Below are positions 1 to 13,379 of a DNA stretch of 64,000 nucleotides, piece after piece. The position numbers and the translations under genes were made by a program. The DNA is from Octopus sinensis (Eukaryota), in contig NW_021836148.1 in the NCBI RefSeq assembly GCF_006345805.1, forward strand, positions 62,001 to 126,000. The letters are read 5' to 3'. The number at the start of each line of letters is the position of its first letter. The stretch's first letter is position 1. The notes under the pieces were generated by a model, which made no database searches, was not told where the DNA came from, and worked only from the letters and a program-made list of their open reading frames with translations.

Positions 1-5
1 TACAC

Positions 6-56
<51 letters not shown>

Positions 57-116
57 ATATACACACACACATATATATATATATGTATGTATATCTGTGT
101 ATGTATGTATATGTAA
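1..116. repeat. (TA)n/(CA)n compound microsatellite
   Basis: Directly visible dinucleotide runs. Confidence 0.95.
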
Positions 117-254
117 TCAATTTGTTATTAGTATTTGTAAACATGTTCATATGGTCATGTAAAGTTTCGAGTAAATAAATATGCATCATCAAGAATAAAA
201 ATGCAACAAATGTAACAAAAAAAAAAAGATAAACAAATTTCTAAAGGAAGAATA

Positions 255-355
255 TGCTAGAAAATGTTGAGGATTATTTTGGCTGTGAATCAACATTTTC
301 CATCCTGAAGCTTAGCCACCGTAGTATTACAAGACGAGAACTTACAAAATATTCA
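255..355 (+). pseudogene. Possible degenerate hAT transposase C-terminal (dimerisation domain) remnant
   Basis: Across a frameshift reads YARK..., then ...FGCESTFSILK, resembling the hAT CESxFS motif; very short. Confidence 0.3.
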
Positions 356-607
356 CACTCCATTTGAGAGGATATAATACTTGCGATTACTTTTGATATT
401 TTATTCATGTATTACTCATAATAATTCAATATTATTACTGCAAGAACACCACACCAGTTCTATTTTTGCCGTTTATTGTTGTTTAAACACTAAGATTCAA
501 ATTTGCTTGGAAATGTCATACATTCAGCGGTGGTGCTGCCCCAGCATGGCCGCAGCCTTCGGGCTAAAACATTTTTAAGGATTTAAGGATATTTAAAATG
601 GTAACTT

Positions 608-760
608 ACTCTTTTACTCTTTTATTTGTTTCAGTCATTTGACTGTGGTCATGTTGGAGCACCGCCTTTAGTCAAGCAAATGGAACCCAGGACATATTCT
701 TTGTAAGCCTAGTACTTATTCTAACGGCCTCTTTTGCTGAACCGCTCAGTTACTTAACCC
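608..760 (-). mobile_element. SINE family A, 3' half
   Basis: Reverse complement of the tail GGCGGTGCTCCAGCATGGCCGCAGTCAAATGACTGAAACAAGTAAAAGAG, seen in many copies in the window. Confidence 0.85.
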
Positions 761-959
761 CTCTCCTGAACCTGCTGGTCTTATGCCAAAAATTCAAACC
801 ATTATTATATTTTTATCATTATCATTATTATTATTAGTAGTAGTAATAGTAGTATTATTAATAATAATAACAATAATGATGATAATGATGATGATGAAGA
901 TGATGATGATAATAATTCTTTCTATTATAGATAGGCACAAGGCCTGACATTTGAGGGAA

Positions 960-1130
960 AGGGGCTAGTCGATTACATCAATCCCAGTGTTTCACTGGTA
1001 CTTAATTTTTCAACCCCAAAAGGATGAAAGGCAAAGTTGACCTCAGCAGAATTTGAACTCAGAACGTAGAGACAGATGACACACCACTCAGCATTTTACC
1101 TGGCATGCTAACGATTCTGCTTGCACACCA
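960..1130 (-). mobile_element. SINE family B, CpG-decayed copy
   Basis: Matches copies at 37417 and 41820 (GTTCTGAGTTCAAATTCCGCCGAGGTCGACTTTGCCTTTCATCC core) with many CpG to TpG changes. Confidence 0.85.
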
Positions 1131-1194
1131 CTTTAATAATGATAATAATAATAATAATAATAATAATAATATAATAATAATAATAATAATAATA

Positions 1195-1413
1195 GGCTTG
1201 TGTAGGATGGAAGATTGCAAAGATAAAGCACTGTACAAGGACTTGAGAATAAAAGAAACAGAAAATAGTTGGATAAAGAAAAGAATGCATGGACAATTTC
1301 ATAGGGATGTTGAAGATATGACAGACAGAGGAAAAAGATGGCTATGGATGACTAAAAGCGATTTAAAACTGGAAACAGAGGCTCTAATCTGTGCCACCCA
1401 GGAGCAAGCATTA
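1195..1413 (+). mobile_element. R4/Dong-like (REL-type) non-LTR retrotransposon internal fragment
   Basis: Translates WIKKRMHGQFHRD...WLWMTKSDLKLETEALICATQEQAL, the HGQF...ETE.LI.A.QEQAL block typical of R4/Dong ORFs; abuts a (TAA)n run. Confidence 0.8.
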
Positions 1414-2721
1414 AATGGTGCCCCAGCATGGGAACAGTTCAATGACTGAACGATGTAAATGATAAAAAAATACGTGTGTGTATTTGTGTGAGGGTGTATG
1501 TTGTTTATATATGTATGCCAGTATAAACTGTTTCCTTGAGTTATGTCCTCTCTTTGATATAATGTGAGCAGAAAAATAAGTGCCAGACTTCTGTAATTAG
1601 AGGCCATTTCTGTGATCGGCTTAAATGCTTGAAGGTAGTGCCCCAACATAGCCACAGACCAATAATTGAAACTAGTAAAAGAATAAAAGAATAGACAGCT
1701 AATACATTTGAAATATACAGGGTGATTATGTATGGGTGTCATTTCCATTCTAGAGCAATTCATAGTTTTACACCATTCTATCATTGGAACTTCATTTATT
1801 GACACATAAAAGCAGGAACAGCAGCTAAGTTTCACATTAGCAAAATTTAAACTCAAAAGAATAATGTTACCACTTTTGGCAGTCTGCCAACGCCTGCCAC
1901 TAACTCTTTTCATTTCTTATTGCTCATTTAAATAACTGTCATGATCATCATCAGCCCCACCATCACCAATACAACCACTATCATCCTCCACTCCTCTCCC
2001 CCTAGTCAATGATAATCCTCATTAGTTTTGTTTGTATTTCTTTATTGGCACACATTGTCCACGCTTTCATTTCAAAGTTGTAGATTCTTCGGAGCAGTTT
2101 TCAATTTCTCTCTGAATTCAAGTTCTCTCTGATCACAATTTACCACTTTCTTCATCCTCATTGAATGAAATTATTTCATTCATTTCAGCTACCACCAATC
2201 CTTACTCTTTTACTGTGAACATATCATCCATGTTCTTCACATATTCAAAGAGAGCAATTCACATTTTATTTATCAATTACCTCAGGTTCTGGACATATAA
2301 CACCTTTCTTGGCTTATTCAAATTATTATTTTCTTGACACAAAGAATCCTCTCATTTCCCTGCTCATGTTTCACTGTCATGCAAAGCAACAATTTCTGAC
2401 ACATTCATTTTACCACTTTGGCTTTCCTTCAAAGTTAGAAACCTTTTGTGATCTACCAGGTCATAATGTTCCCAAAATTCTTCACACCTCTACTGATTTC
2501 AGATACCAAACCACTGTGAAACCAAAATGCTTCTATGCAATTATTCCATTTGAAATAAATCACATCCTACCATCTTACAAAATAGAAACACATTGAATTA
2601 TATAGATTTAGATGTATGACAAGATGAATATGGCAGGAATGCTTTGATCATAAGTTTGCTCCATCTTGGATGACTTTGGATTAAACAACAACAACAACAA
2701 AAACAACAAGTGTTAGATGGT

Positions 2722-2787
2722 AATGTAGTGAACCAATGTAGTGAACCAAAGTAGTGAACCAATGTAGTGAACCAATGCAGTGAACCA
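2722..2787. repeat. 13-bp minisatellite (AATGTAGTGAACC) x5
   Basis: Five near-identical tandem units. Confidence 0.95.
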
Positions 2788-3014
2788 AGAAATTTAAATT
2801 AACAATACAACAGTTTTATCAAGGAGAAAAAAAAACATTAACTAAATGATTAATTCTTGTGAAGAAAGATAATAGAAACTCCCCTGAAATGTAAATTAAT
2901 TAATTAAAATAGTATGAAGGAATGTGGTGTGGAGGGTGTCTGATCTTTGGTGTGTGCAATGACAACTACAGTCATGTTTTTGTGTTATAAAGTCTCTTCA
3001 GAGTGGTGAACTAA

Positions 3015-3220
3015 CAGAACGGTTACCATGCCAGGCAAAAAACTTCTCAGCATTTTGTCTGTCATTTTTGTTCCAGAGTTCAAATTCTGCTGGGGTCTAC
3101 TTTACTGTTCATCCTTTCGGGGTCAATGAAATAAGTAGTTGAGCACTGGGGTTGATATAATCAACTTAGTCTCTCCCTTAAAATTTCAAGCCTTCTGCCT
3201 ATAGCTGAAAGGATTATTCA
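3015..3220 (+). mobile_element. SINE family B, decayed copy
   Basis: Similar to family B core and alternative tail. Confidence 0.75.
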
Positions 3221-3439
3221 ATCTCCTCAACAGAAAATTGTCTTTACAATTACTGAGAAATTTTAAATTGCTTAGAAGATAAAAAGAATGCCAGTGAATA
3301 AACACTAATAGATTTGACAACTTAAAATAACAACCTGGGGAAGGTTTTCCAGGGATGCCTTCTGCAAGATAACATAACTTAACTGTTGCTTCCAGAAGCC
3401 ATCACATTATTTCACAGTCAGTATCTTTTAATACAAGCT

Positions 3440-3600
3440 ATCATCATCATCATCATCATCATCATTGTTTAACGTCCCCTTTCCATACTGGCATAAGTTG
3501 GACTGTTTGACTGAGGACTAGCAAGCCAGTAGGTTGCACCAGGCTCCGTTCTGATCTAGCAAGGTTTCTACAGTTGGATGCCCTTCCTAACACCAAAAGT
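3440..3600 (-). mobile_element. RTE LINE 3' tail fragment ending in (TGA)n
   Basis: Homologous to the 3' end of the RTE at 16086-17299 (GTCCAACCCATGCTAGCATGGAAA...GACGTTAAACGATGATGA). Confidence 0.85.
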
Positions 3601-3609
3601 TACCAAAAA

Positions 3610-3850
3610 GGAAATAAGCCAGCAAGCTGGCAGAAACATTAGCAGGCCAGGTGAAATGCTTACCAGTATTTCATCTGCCGTTACGTTCTGAGTTAAAATT
3701 CCGCTGAGGTCGACTTTACCTTTCATCCTTTTGGGGTAGATAAATTAAGTACCAGTTATGCACTGCGGTCGATATAATCGACTTAATCCATTTGTCTGTC
3801 CTTGTTTGTTGCCCACTATGTTTAGCCCTTTGTCAGCAATAAAGAAATAA
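3610..3850 (+). mobile_element. SINE family B
   Basis: Core plus the ...TTTAGCCC...AATAAAGAAATA tail. Confidence 0.85.
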
Positions 3851-4547
3851 GAAACTAAAAACTGTTAAGTATTTTATTACAGCACCTTCTGGTTGATTGT
3901 TTTGTTGTTTTTATTTATCTGCTGCAGTGTCTTGAACCTGTAGATTTACTGGATAGATTCTTGAAACTCTTTTTTCATCGTAAATGATCATCGACAGAGA
4001 GGTAATCTGGACTTCAAGTAGAAGAGAAATATGGACAATTGGCTGAACTAGAAAAAGATTAGAAGTGTAGCATAGCAGCAATAAACTGAATTGCAAAGGA
4101 AAGCAATTCTCAATGAAAGAGAACAGCAGAGTATTGTACTTACTTATTCTTCCAACCAAATACAATAGATTTTATATTGTTAAATATGCTATCTATGAAG
4201 GATGTGACATTAATAACATCTAAATTACATTTAAATAATCAAATATTCAAAGTTAGCATATTATAGACGTTAAAGTGAGGCCAAGAGTCACTATATATGT
4301 TAAGTGATAAAGTGAAACAAATTTATATGAATATTTATGTGATTATTTGCACATACTATATATTTCAGCAATAATCTGTAACTTAATTATCTCATAGCTT
4401 TTACTTTCATGAACTTAAATCCATATTGTTATGCTTAAAGGAGTTGAATGGAAATATATTTTGATATTTCCATTGGAATGTTTGAAACAAGTATTTATTT
4501 TATGTATTGTTAACCTCTCAAACACAATGAAGAGTAGAACTTATTTT

Positions 4548-4578
<31 letters not shown>

Positions 4579-4694
4579 TGAGTAATGCACAGAAATGTAT
4601 ACTTACTCCATGCAATGATTTTAATATCATATTGAATCAATATCAAAATGCCAAAACATTAGCTACTTAGTAATCATTTAGAAGTAAAATTTCA

Positions 4695-5400
4695 TCATCA
4701 TTATCATCATCATTTAATGTCCATTGTCCATCCTGGAATGGGTTGGATGGTTTGACCAGGTCTGGTAAGCTGGAAGACTACACCAGACTCCAATGTGATT
4801 TGGCAATGGTTTTCTACAGCTAGATGTCCTTCCTAACACCAACTACTCTGAGAGTGTAATGGGTGCTTTTATGTATCACACAAATGGCACAGGTGCCATT
4901 AGTGTGATGCTGGTGTCTGCCATAACTGTGATTTTGCTTAGCTTGATGGGTCTTTTTCTCAAGCATGACATAATGCCAAACGTTTCGATCATTACCTCTG
5001 TGAAGCCCAACACTCAAAAGGAACTGAACCACTTTGCCTCCATGAGGCCCAATGCTTGAAAGGAATTCAGCCACTTTGCTTCTGTGAAGCCCAATGCTTG
5101 AAAGGAACTCAGCCACTTTGCTTCCATGAGACCCAATGCTTGAACAGTGCTCTTTACATGTCACCAGCATGGGTGCCAGTTATGTGACACCAACATCAGC
5201 CATGACTACGATTCCACTTGGTTTGAGGAATCTTCTCAAGCCCAGCATATTACCAAAGGTCTCAGTCACTAGTCATTGCCTCTGTGAGGCTCAAAGTTTA
5301 GAGATTATGCTTCGCCACTCTAGAAAACAAAATTTGTTTGCCATTATCTTTGACTAATGAATGACATGAGTCACTGAGACATAAGATTAAAGATTAAAGC
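4695..5400 (-). mobile_element. Degenerate RTE 3' UTR carrying a 39-bp minisatellite (about 5000-5145)
   Basis: (TGA)n tail and RTE terminal block at left; about 4 units of GAAGCCCAATGCTTGAAAGGAACTCAGCCACTTTGCTTC-like repeat. Confidence 0.75.
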
Positions 5401-5919
5401 AGAAAAACAAATTTCTAGAAACATCTCTGACTCCATGTGGTTTTTTTTCTGACTTTCAGATGAGGATCACAGTCCTTCTAGAGGAAATAGTAAAAGTGAC
5501 ATTGATATTTTACAGTATTATATCTTAAAACAATCCTGGCCAACTTAGTAAATAAGTCTTCAATCAATTTTTGGCAGCATTTGGAAGATCTTTCTCTTCA
5601 TGATAACCAAGAGGTTTAGGTGATATCCAGAATAAGTTCTAAATGCATTACTTCCTGTCCAGCACCGAAAATGCTCTTGATGCATTCCAAAGTTGTTTTA
5701 CTACAAGTATAGCATATTTATATTATGTGTCTAGAATTCATCATATTTTGTGCCACAGGATCAGTATTTTTTCTCCACAGTAGATGCAGATTGTCAGTTG
5801 TCTTTTAGATACAAAGAAGAGTTGCCACCGGATAGAAGTCAGTATGATCATTTAAAAGAGATTGCTTTTTGCTGTCATCAGCACTGTCATGCTTGTCATT
5901 ATCATCATTTATATACCAT

Positions 5920-6224
5920 CTATCAGTATCGCCCGGCGTTGCTCGGATTTGTAAGGGAAATTACTATATAAGCATTTTTAGAGAGTTACTTCCCTTATAT
6001 AAACCGAGAAAGAAATGCATTAAAAATGCGGTAAAATGATGGTAAATTTTTTTTTAAATCGTAGACTCATCGTAGACGTGTGCTAGTACCCAGAAGGGCT
6101 CGATATGAATCATGACTATAAGATACCCGCTTTTGGTTAAACTGCACCGCAAAATGTGGGAGTAGTTAGGAACCTAAATCGGAGTAGACAGACACACACA
6201 CAACTTCAGTTTTATATATAAAGA
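5920..6224 (-). mobile_element. Non-autonomous Helitron
   Basis: Minus strand starts A|TCTTTATATATAAAACTGAAGTTGTG and ends CCGAGCAACGCCGGGCGATACTGATAG (hairpin plus CTAG-like end), the same termini as 29173-29545. Confidence 0.85.
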
Positions 6225-6444
6225 TATTTACCATGATGGCATTATTTCTTATCCTGATTTCAAAAATATTCTTAATCACATCAAAATTTGCTCATTCATC
6301 TTTTCATAAAATGGATCTGTTACATGTTTTTAATATTGCATTATTTCTCAAAGGGGAAAGGTAGCAGAATCATTAGCATGCTGGGTAAAATACTTAGTGG
6401 TATTTTGTCTGTTTTTATGTTCCAAGTTCAAGTGCTGCTGTTGT

Positions 6445-6970
6445 CTTCTTCTTCTTCTTCTTCTTCTTCTTCTTCTTTCTTCTTCTTCTTCTTCTCCTTC
6501 TTCTTCTTCCAATCCATTCGCCACAAAGTATTCGAGCCTACTCTAAGCTACTAAGAGTGCATGTGGCAACTTGAAGATCCATCCACCACACGTGATAGAC
6601 TGGCGGTTGCATGGGTGCAAAAGCTACATTGTTATCCTCATTCTGTAAATGGTGGCTTTTAACAGGTGGAGATCTGAACCATCCTGCGAGTACAAAGGAT
6701 TCGCAATCTAGACTAGGGTCTGAAAGTTTATCGCACCATAGTAGGTTACACTATGGTTCCTCTGCTTTGTGGGAGAAGTAGGAGGAAAGAGTGAGAGGAA
6801 GTTGTGATGAAAGATGGTAGCAGAGTTCACCCACTCTCCCCCCGCTGGAGCCTCGTGGAGCTTAGGTGTTTTTGCTCAATAAACACTCACAATGCCTGGT
6901 CTGGGAATCGAAACCGCATTCTTACAACCATTTGTCTGCTGCCCTAACCACTGGGCCATTGCACCTCCAC
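6445..6970 (-). mobile_element. tRNA-derived SINE family E with (GAA)n tail
   Basis: Head GGAGGTGCAATGGCCCAGTGGTTAGGGCAGC...TTCGATTCCCAGACC (A and B boxes), same as 46390; (GAA)n tail. Confidence 0.8.
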
Positions 6971-7269
6971 TGCTGCTGTTGTTGAGTTTGCCTTTAAGAA
7001 TTGATAAAATAAGTACCAGTTGAGCACTGGAGTTGACTTACCCCTTGCCCCCAGACTTGCTGGTCTTGTGCTAGAATTTAAAATCAATATTACATTATTT
7101 CTCATCCATTCTTTCCCAACTTATATCAATTCTTTCTTTTCCTTCATTTTCACAATTTATTCTAATCAGTAAAATCCCAAATACTAAGACATGTCTGTAC
7201 AGCTTTAAAAAGGAAAAAGGAGGATGACAACAACGACAATGGCAATACTAATCATTGCTATTTTTGTAT

Positions 7270-7685
7270 ACTCTTTTACTCTCTAACTGGTTTCAGTCAT
7301 TTGACTGTGGCCATGCTTGAGCACCGCCTTTAGTCAAGCAAATCAACCCAGGACTTATTCTTTGTAAGCCTAGTACTTATTCTATCAGTCTCTTTTGCTG
7401 AACCGCTAAGTTACGGGGACGTAAACACACCAGCATTGGTTGTCAAGCGATGTTGTAGGGACAAGCACTGACACACAAACATATACATACATACACACAC
7501 ATATATATATATACATATATACAACAGGCTTCTTTCAATTTCTGCCAACCAAATCCACTCACAAGGCTTTGGTCGGCCCGAGGGTATAGTAGAAGACACT
7601 TACCCAAGGTGCCACGCAGTGGGACTGAACCCGGAACCATGTGGTTGGTAAGCAAGCTACCTACACACAGCCATTCCTACGCCTG
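7270..7685 (-). mobile_element. SINE family A, full length
   Basis: tRNA-like head, CCTTGGGNAAGTGTCTT core, internal (TA/TG) microsatellite, GTAAAAGAG tail. Confidence 0.9.
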
Positions 7686-8639
7686 TATTGATCCAAGATT
7701 TATTATCTTTTGCAGATGGTTATATACAAAAGTGAAATGATGTTTAAAGTGGTTATATGCAATAAAATGTTACTCAGGGAAATATAGTATTCTGAAAGGA
7801 CAAAACTTCTGCTGTTAAAGACTTTTGTGCTTCGTTTTCATCTCAAGCTCATATAATTAGAATGTTTCTGGGCATTACGTATTTTTAAGCATTTAGTAGG
7901 CATTCCTGATCCCTAAAGTAAAACTCACAAACATTGGAGACTGCTATGACAGAAACTGAATTCAATCAATTTACAATGTGGTACAGTATAAAATAGATCT
8001 CAGTATGATTTGAACAGCAAAACCATAAGCACTAAATTTGTCCTCGGCAGTTGTCAGTTCCAGTGCTTCTGCATCTGTGCTATCACAAAAGCCTGCTACC
8101 ACTTTAATTAAGAAGAATTCAAAAGTTAGTTACAAAGGTGAAAAACCAAAAAAAAAACAAAAAAAAAAAAAAAGGAAAAACAATAATGAAACAATTTGGT
8201 AAATAAATCAATGATGAAATCAAAGAAATGTAGCATGTTAATGAAGTTCGCAGCATACCGTCACTAATTAAAGCAAATAGTGATGTTGATATGAGATTTA
8301 TCAAAGACAAACAAGTGCTTAATTATAGGTTTCATCATCAGAAAAACAAGGAAACTCCAGGTTTATTAAATAAACATAAAAACAAAAATATAAATAATAG
8401 GTAATGTAATGAAATAAAATAAAATAAAATAGAAGCAACATCTCACCTCATCATAGTTTTCTATTTGGAAGTGTATTTCTTTTAGATTACAAACTATATA
8501 CCAAGCATTATGTATCATGTCATCAAAAGTATAAAACCAAATAGTGATAAACCAGAAATAAAAATAAGGAAACAGGTGAATAGAAATTAAAATTCAATAA
8601 ACAACAGCAATTTGGATTTCATTAATGTTTTGATTAGTG

Positions 8640-8673
8640 CATGTGTACGTGTGTGATTGAGCACGTGTGTGTA

Positions 8674-8715
<42 letters not shown>

Positions 8716-8975
8716 TATCTGTGTATGTATATGTGTTTATCACACATACATGAAAGCAGTAATGATGGTGAAGATGAGATGATTATCATCATAAGGTAGT
8801 GAGTGATGATGATGATGATGATGATGACGATGATGTTGATGATGATGATGATGATGACGATGATGTTGATGATGATGATGATGACGATGATGACGATGAC
8901 GATGATGTTGATGATGATGATGATGATGATGATGATGTTGACAATAATGACGACAATGATGACAATGACAATTCT
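8640..8975. repeat. (GT)n followed by an imperfect (GAT)n microsatellite
   Basis: Directly visible; source of the poly-D/M/H/I/S ORFs. Confidence 0.95.
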
Positions 8976-9242
8976 GCACTGTTTTGCTGAGTGCACTCAT
9001 TACAATAAACATCACAGTTTTAGCATCAGCATCATCAAAGGAGTGTCATTGTTGTTCTTTAACCCCAGGCAATCTTGATTCAGCAACCTATGATCAAAGA
9101 TATTCATACCCAATATTGACTCATTTAGGACTACAGAGTTCAAGGTGCCCTCTTTTTTCCTAAGCTTGTAGGGTGTGATTTGAGGATATTTGTAGATTGA
9201 GGGACAACAAACAGGATCCTACAACAGGCTATAGAGCCAAGT

Positions 9243-9839
9243 AGGTGACAAGCTGGCAGAATCGTTAGCACATCGGCCGGAATGCTTAGCGGTATTTCGG
9301 CTGCTGTTATGTTCTGAGTTCAAATTCCGCCGAGGTTGACTTCACCTTTCATCCTTTCGGGGTCGATTAAATAAGTATCAGTTACACACTGGGGTCGATA
9401 TAATTGACTTAATCCGTTTGTCTGTCCTTGATTTTCCTCTCTGTGTTTAGCCCCTTGTGGATTGTAAAGAAATAGGTATTTCATCTACCACTATGTTCTG
9501 AGTTCAAATTCTGCCTCGGTCGACTTTGCCTTCATCCTTTCGGGGTCGATTAAATAAGTATCAGTTACACACTGGGGTCGATATAATTGACTTAATCCGT
9601 TTGTCTGTCCTTGATTTTCCTCTCTGTGTTTAGCCCCTTGTGGATTGTAAAGAAATAGGTATTTCATCTACCACTATGTTCTGAGTTCAAATTCTGCCTC
9701 GGTCGACTTTGCCTTCATCCTTTCGGGGTCGATTAAATAAGTATCAGTTCTGCACTGGGATCGATATAATCAACTTAATCCGTTTGTCCTTGTTTGTCCT
9801 CTCTGTGTTTAGCCCCTTGTGGGTAGTAAAGAAATAGGT
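9243..9839 (+). mobile_element. SINE family B trimer flanked by a 13-bp TSD
   Basis: One headed unit plus two headless units joined at AAAGAAATAG|GTATTTC; TATAGAGCCAAGT at 9230-9242 and 9840-9852. Confidence 0.9.
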
Positions 9840-10059
9840 TATAGAGCCAAGTGATAGTAAATTTGAAGCAGGCTCATTTGATGTGAGAAGAGATGTAGCT
9901 TTAGAGTTTTCTTACAATTATGGTATTGTTATTGTAATGTAAGCTGTGCTGATGGAAGTTTATAAGGGAGAAGAAAGAAAGTTTGATTAATATATATATA
10001 TTGGATGATGCCATGATTATAATGATAGCTGATGATTGAAATATTGTCTCAAATTTTGG

Positions 10060-10545
10060 CACAAACCCAGCAATTTCAGGAAGGAGTGATTTGATTATAT
10101 TGATCCTGGTACTCCACTGGTACTCATTATATTGACCTTGAAAGGATGAAAGACAAAGTCGACCCCAGTGGCATTTGAACTCAGAACATAAAGTCAGAAA
10201 TGCTGCTAAGCATTGTGTCCGGCACTGTACAAAAGACTTAGTGGTATTTCTTCGAACTTTATGTCCAAAGTTTAAATGCCACTGGGGTGGACTTTGTCTT
10301 TTATCTTTTGATGACCAAAATATTGCTTTCAAATTTTGGCACAAGACCTGAAGGTTTGGGGGAGGGCTAAGTCAATTAAATCAACCCCAGTGTTCAACTG
10401 GTACTTATTTTATTGACTTCAAGAGGATGAAAGGCAAAGCCGACCCTGGCAGAAGTTGAACTCAGAATGTGAAAACAAATGAAAAGTTGCTAAACATTTT
10501 GCCTGGCTTACCAATGATTCTGCTAGCTTGCTTCCTTTTTGGTGA
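10060..10545. mobile_element. Cluster of decayed SINE B fragments in both orientations
   Basis: GAAAGGATGAAAG.CAAAGTCGACC..GGCATTTGAACTCAG blocks and an inverted partial copy. Confidence 0.75.
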
Positions 10546-13379
10546 CTAAAATATTGATAATAATAACATATCTTACATCTTATAAAGTAAGTTTTGGGTG
10601 TAAGCATGGCTGAGTTGCTTAGAAACACATTTTGCAGTTATGCAGTATTTGAATCACAGTATTTGAATTGTATCCCATTTGTGCTGGTCATCAGACAAGT
10701 ATTTTCTGCCAAAATTTCAAATCAACTAAAGCCCCATGGCAAAATTTTTTAAGATATAAACTGTATAGAATATCACCAGGTTAGCTAATCCTGTCTTAGG
10801 GAGGTAGGCCTAGGATGATCATCTGACCTGTGGCTTTCTTTAGCAGAGTCTATTCCATTGTCAGCATTCAGGTCAATCCTCTGGCATAAGGATATTCCTT
10901 CCTTTCACCAGTATCTGTTTCTCAAACAGCCCAAGAAAGGTTCTAGACACAACTCTCCCTCATTTCACAAAGTCATTATTAGAACGAAAAGCAAAATTAT
11001 ATAACAAATTATAATGATTTAGACAATTAAAAAATACTTGATTGAATATATCAGATATGTCAAGTCACAGACAAACCATCTCCTTTACTCGTCACATAAC
11101 ACTTCATTTGTAAAATTTAATTATAACTAAAATAATGTGGTTAGACATCCTTGTGTGAAACATTGATTTTTATCTGGTCTGAAAATCATGGTAGAACCAA
11201 AAGAGAACAGGGGCGGAAGTGATGTCAAGAATAAGCATCACCTTGGTGTTTGTGTGTGTGTGGGGGGTGAAGGATATAAGTATGGGTTAGTGAAGCAATG
11301 ATAAGTGACAGAACAAAAAGGGAGTGGAGGGAAGAATTATAATAAAACCATAAATGAGAAATAAGATGACATGATGTTGCTGGGGGAGAAAAAGGGGTGC
11401 ACACTGACAGATATGAGGTCAGAGTTATGTAGGGGTTGATATTGTGAGTGATGGCAGATATGAGAAGGTGTTCAGGAGAAATGGGTATTCAATAGAAAAT
11501 AAAGTGGTAAGGAATAATATTGATCAAGTGAGATGTGAGATGGGTGACAAAAAATGGTTCCAAAGAGAGAGATAGCTGGTCGTATGGAAAAGGAATGGAT
11601 TATGTTCAGTACTGCTCTTGTATAATTACAGCAGCCGAATGAGTAGTACTGTAGTCAGAATAGCATTGAAGAAATAAACAGGAAATTGGGATGGGGGGAA
11701 GACTTGATGAGGAGAGGTTGAGTGAAGAAGTACAGACATTGATGACATGCTTTAAAAATCTCATGTTTTGCTGAAATGGACAGGTCATCTTGAGCACTGT
11801 GAATCATCAAACATTTCATCCTTTCTTGTTTCCTCTGTAAAAATCAACAACCTGAGGTCAGTCTTCACTATTTTGTCTTATGTTTTCCTTGGTCCCTTCT
11901 TTCCACAGATTTCATTTACATTTAACAATCAGTACGTTTTTTATCCCTTTAGTGTTTAAACCGGCTGTATTCTACACATTTTATGCTCAAGCTGGCCAGA
12001 ACCAGCATCTCACACCTATTCTGCAATGTCATTCTAAAAATAAGCAATTACATCTTTCCTGTCTTGAAGCTACAAAATAATATCAGATAAAATTTTTTAA
12101 TGTGAATAAATAAGGATTATTTTTGCCAAATTAATATGAATGCTAAAGGGTTATCCAGCTGTTATCACATGGCCATACCAGCACAGCTTTCATTCTAGCA
12201 CACAAATTCTGATGCTTCTTGTGTCCAATTTTCCTCACAATACATCTGTTCTTTGTTCTTTGTTCTTTATGCTTGCTGAGGCTGCACATCCAGCAGAGCA
12301 TATTAGCTTCATTTCTTTCTAATTTTCACATGTCCTCTACATCCATAACGTATGTTTCACTACTATTTAGCATCACTAATCATAAACAAACATCACACAT
12401 TCTATCTTTCACTCAGTATTTTTATTTATACAATGAATGAGAGTTTTATATAGAAATTATAAGTTATAATTGGATACATTTGTGCCAGCATCTGCAGTAA
12501 TAGAAGTGAGAGAACTTCTATTACCAACAGAGATTGACAGCTCTCTGAACTTGCCCTCACTGGATCTTATTCTAAAAACTTCTCTTTAAGAACATCCTCT
12601 TACATCTATGTAACAAAAACTACCAACTATTCCTAGGGATCATACTGAGTATTCAAGAAAATCTATTTCTCGTGCGCACTTAGTGTTTATTACTCTAGCA
12701 CATCTGCCACAAACAAAGCCTTCTTTCTCTATTAACCCTCTTTTGGTATATTTATATATTTACATTTGATATTTATATTTTATTTTTTGTATATTGCTTA
12801 TACATGTATATCTACAAATAAATGGGTATATCTATTATAAAATGTATAATCCCTATAAGCAATGGCATAATATTACATGTATGCATTTTTCTACAGTTGT
12901 GCAATATAAATACAAATAATCATGCTTGAAATAGATTAGTTAATCCCTATAAATATTTATAGAAACATAGTCTCCTCAGACCAAACATTCTCAAAGTACT
13001 CAGTTTATCGTTTCTCTAGAGATGTCTAATAACATCAACAACAATTCAACATGAGTCAGACCTAAAATCTGTGATTTATCTACAAACATATTTTGTGACC
13101 CGAAAGAAAAAAACCAGCTTCCTCTCCAAAGAAACGGTTCTACAGGTACCATTATCGTGACCAGATAAAAATAGAAAATAGGTTCAATACACTCTAGAAT
13201 TGTCAAAGATATGCTTCAGTTTTTCTAAAATTGAATTATTTCATTTTATTTATTTTAAATAAAATAATGATGAATATACATGTACTTGTACATGATGATC
13301 AAAATGAATAATAATAATTCCACAGAAGGTTTAACATATGGATTCAAGTCAGGGAAAACAGTCATCATTATAAAATCAC

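Noticed and set aside
1299-1913. 204-aa minus-strand ORF
   Set aside because: Spans antisense R4 fragment, SINE tails and microsatellite; composite, non-genic
2722-2787. Short direct repeats as a CRISPR array
   Set aside because: No spacers, 13-bp units, eukaryotic context, no cas genes
8634-9078. Poly-Asp/Met/His/Ile/Ser ORFs
   Set aside because: All frames of one (GAT)n microsatellite; no splice or coding context
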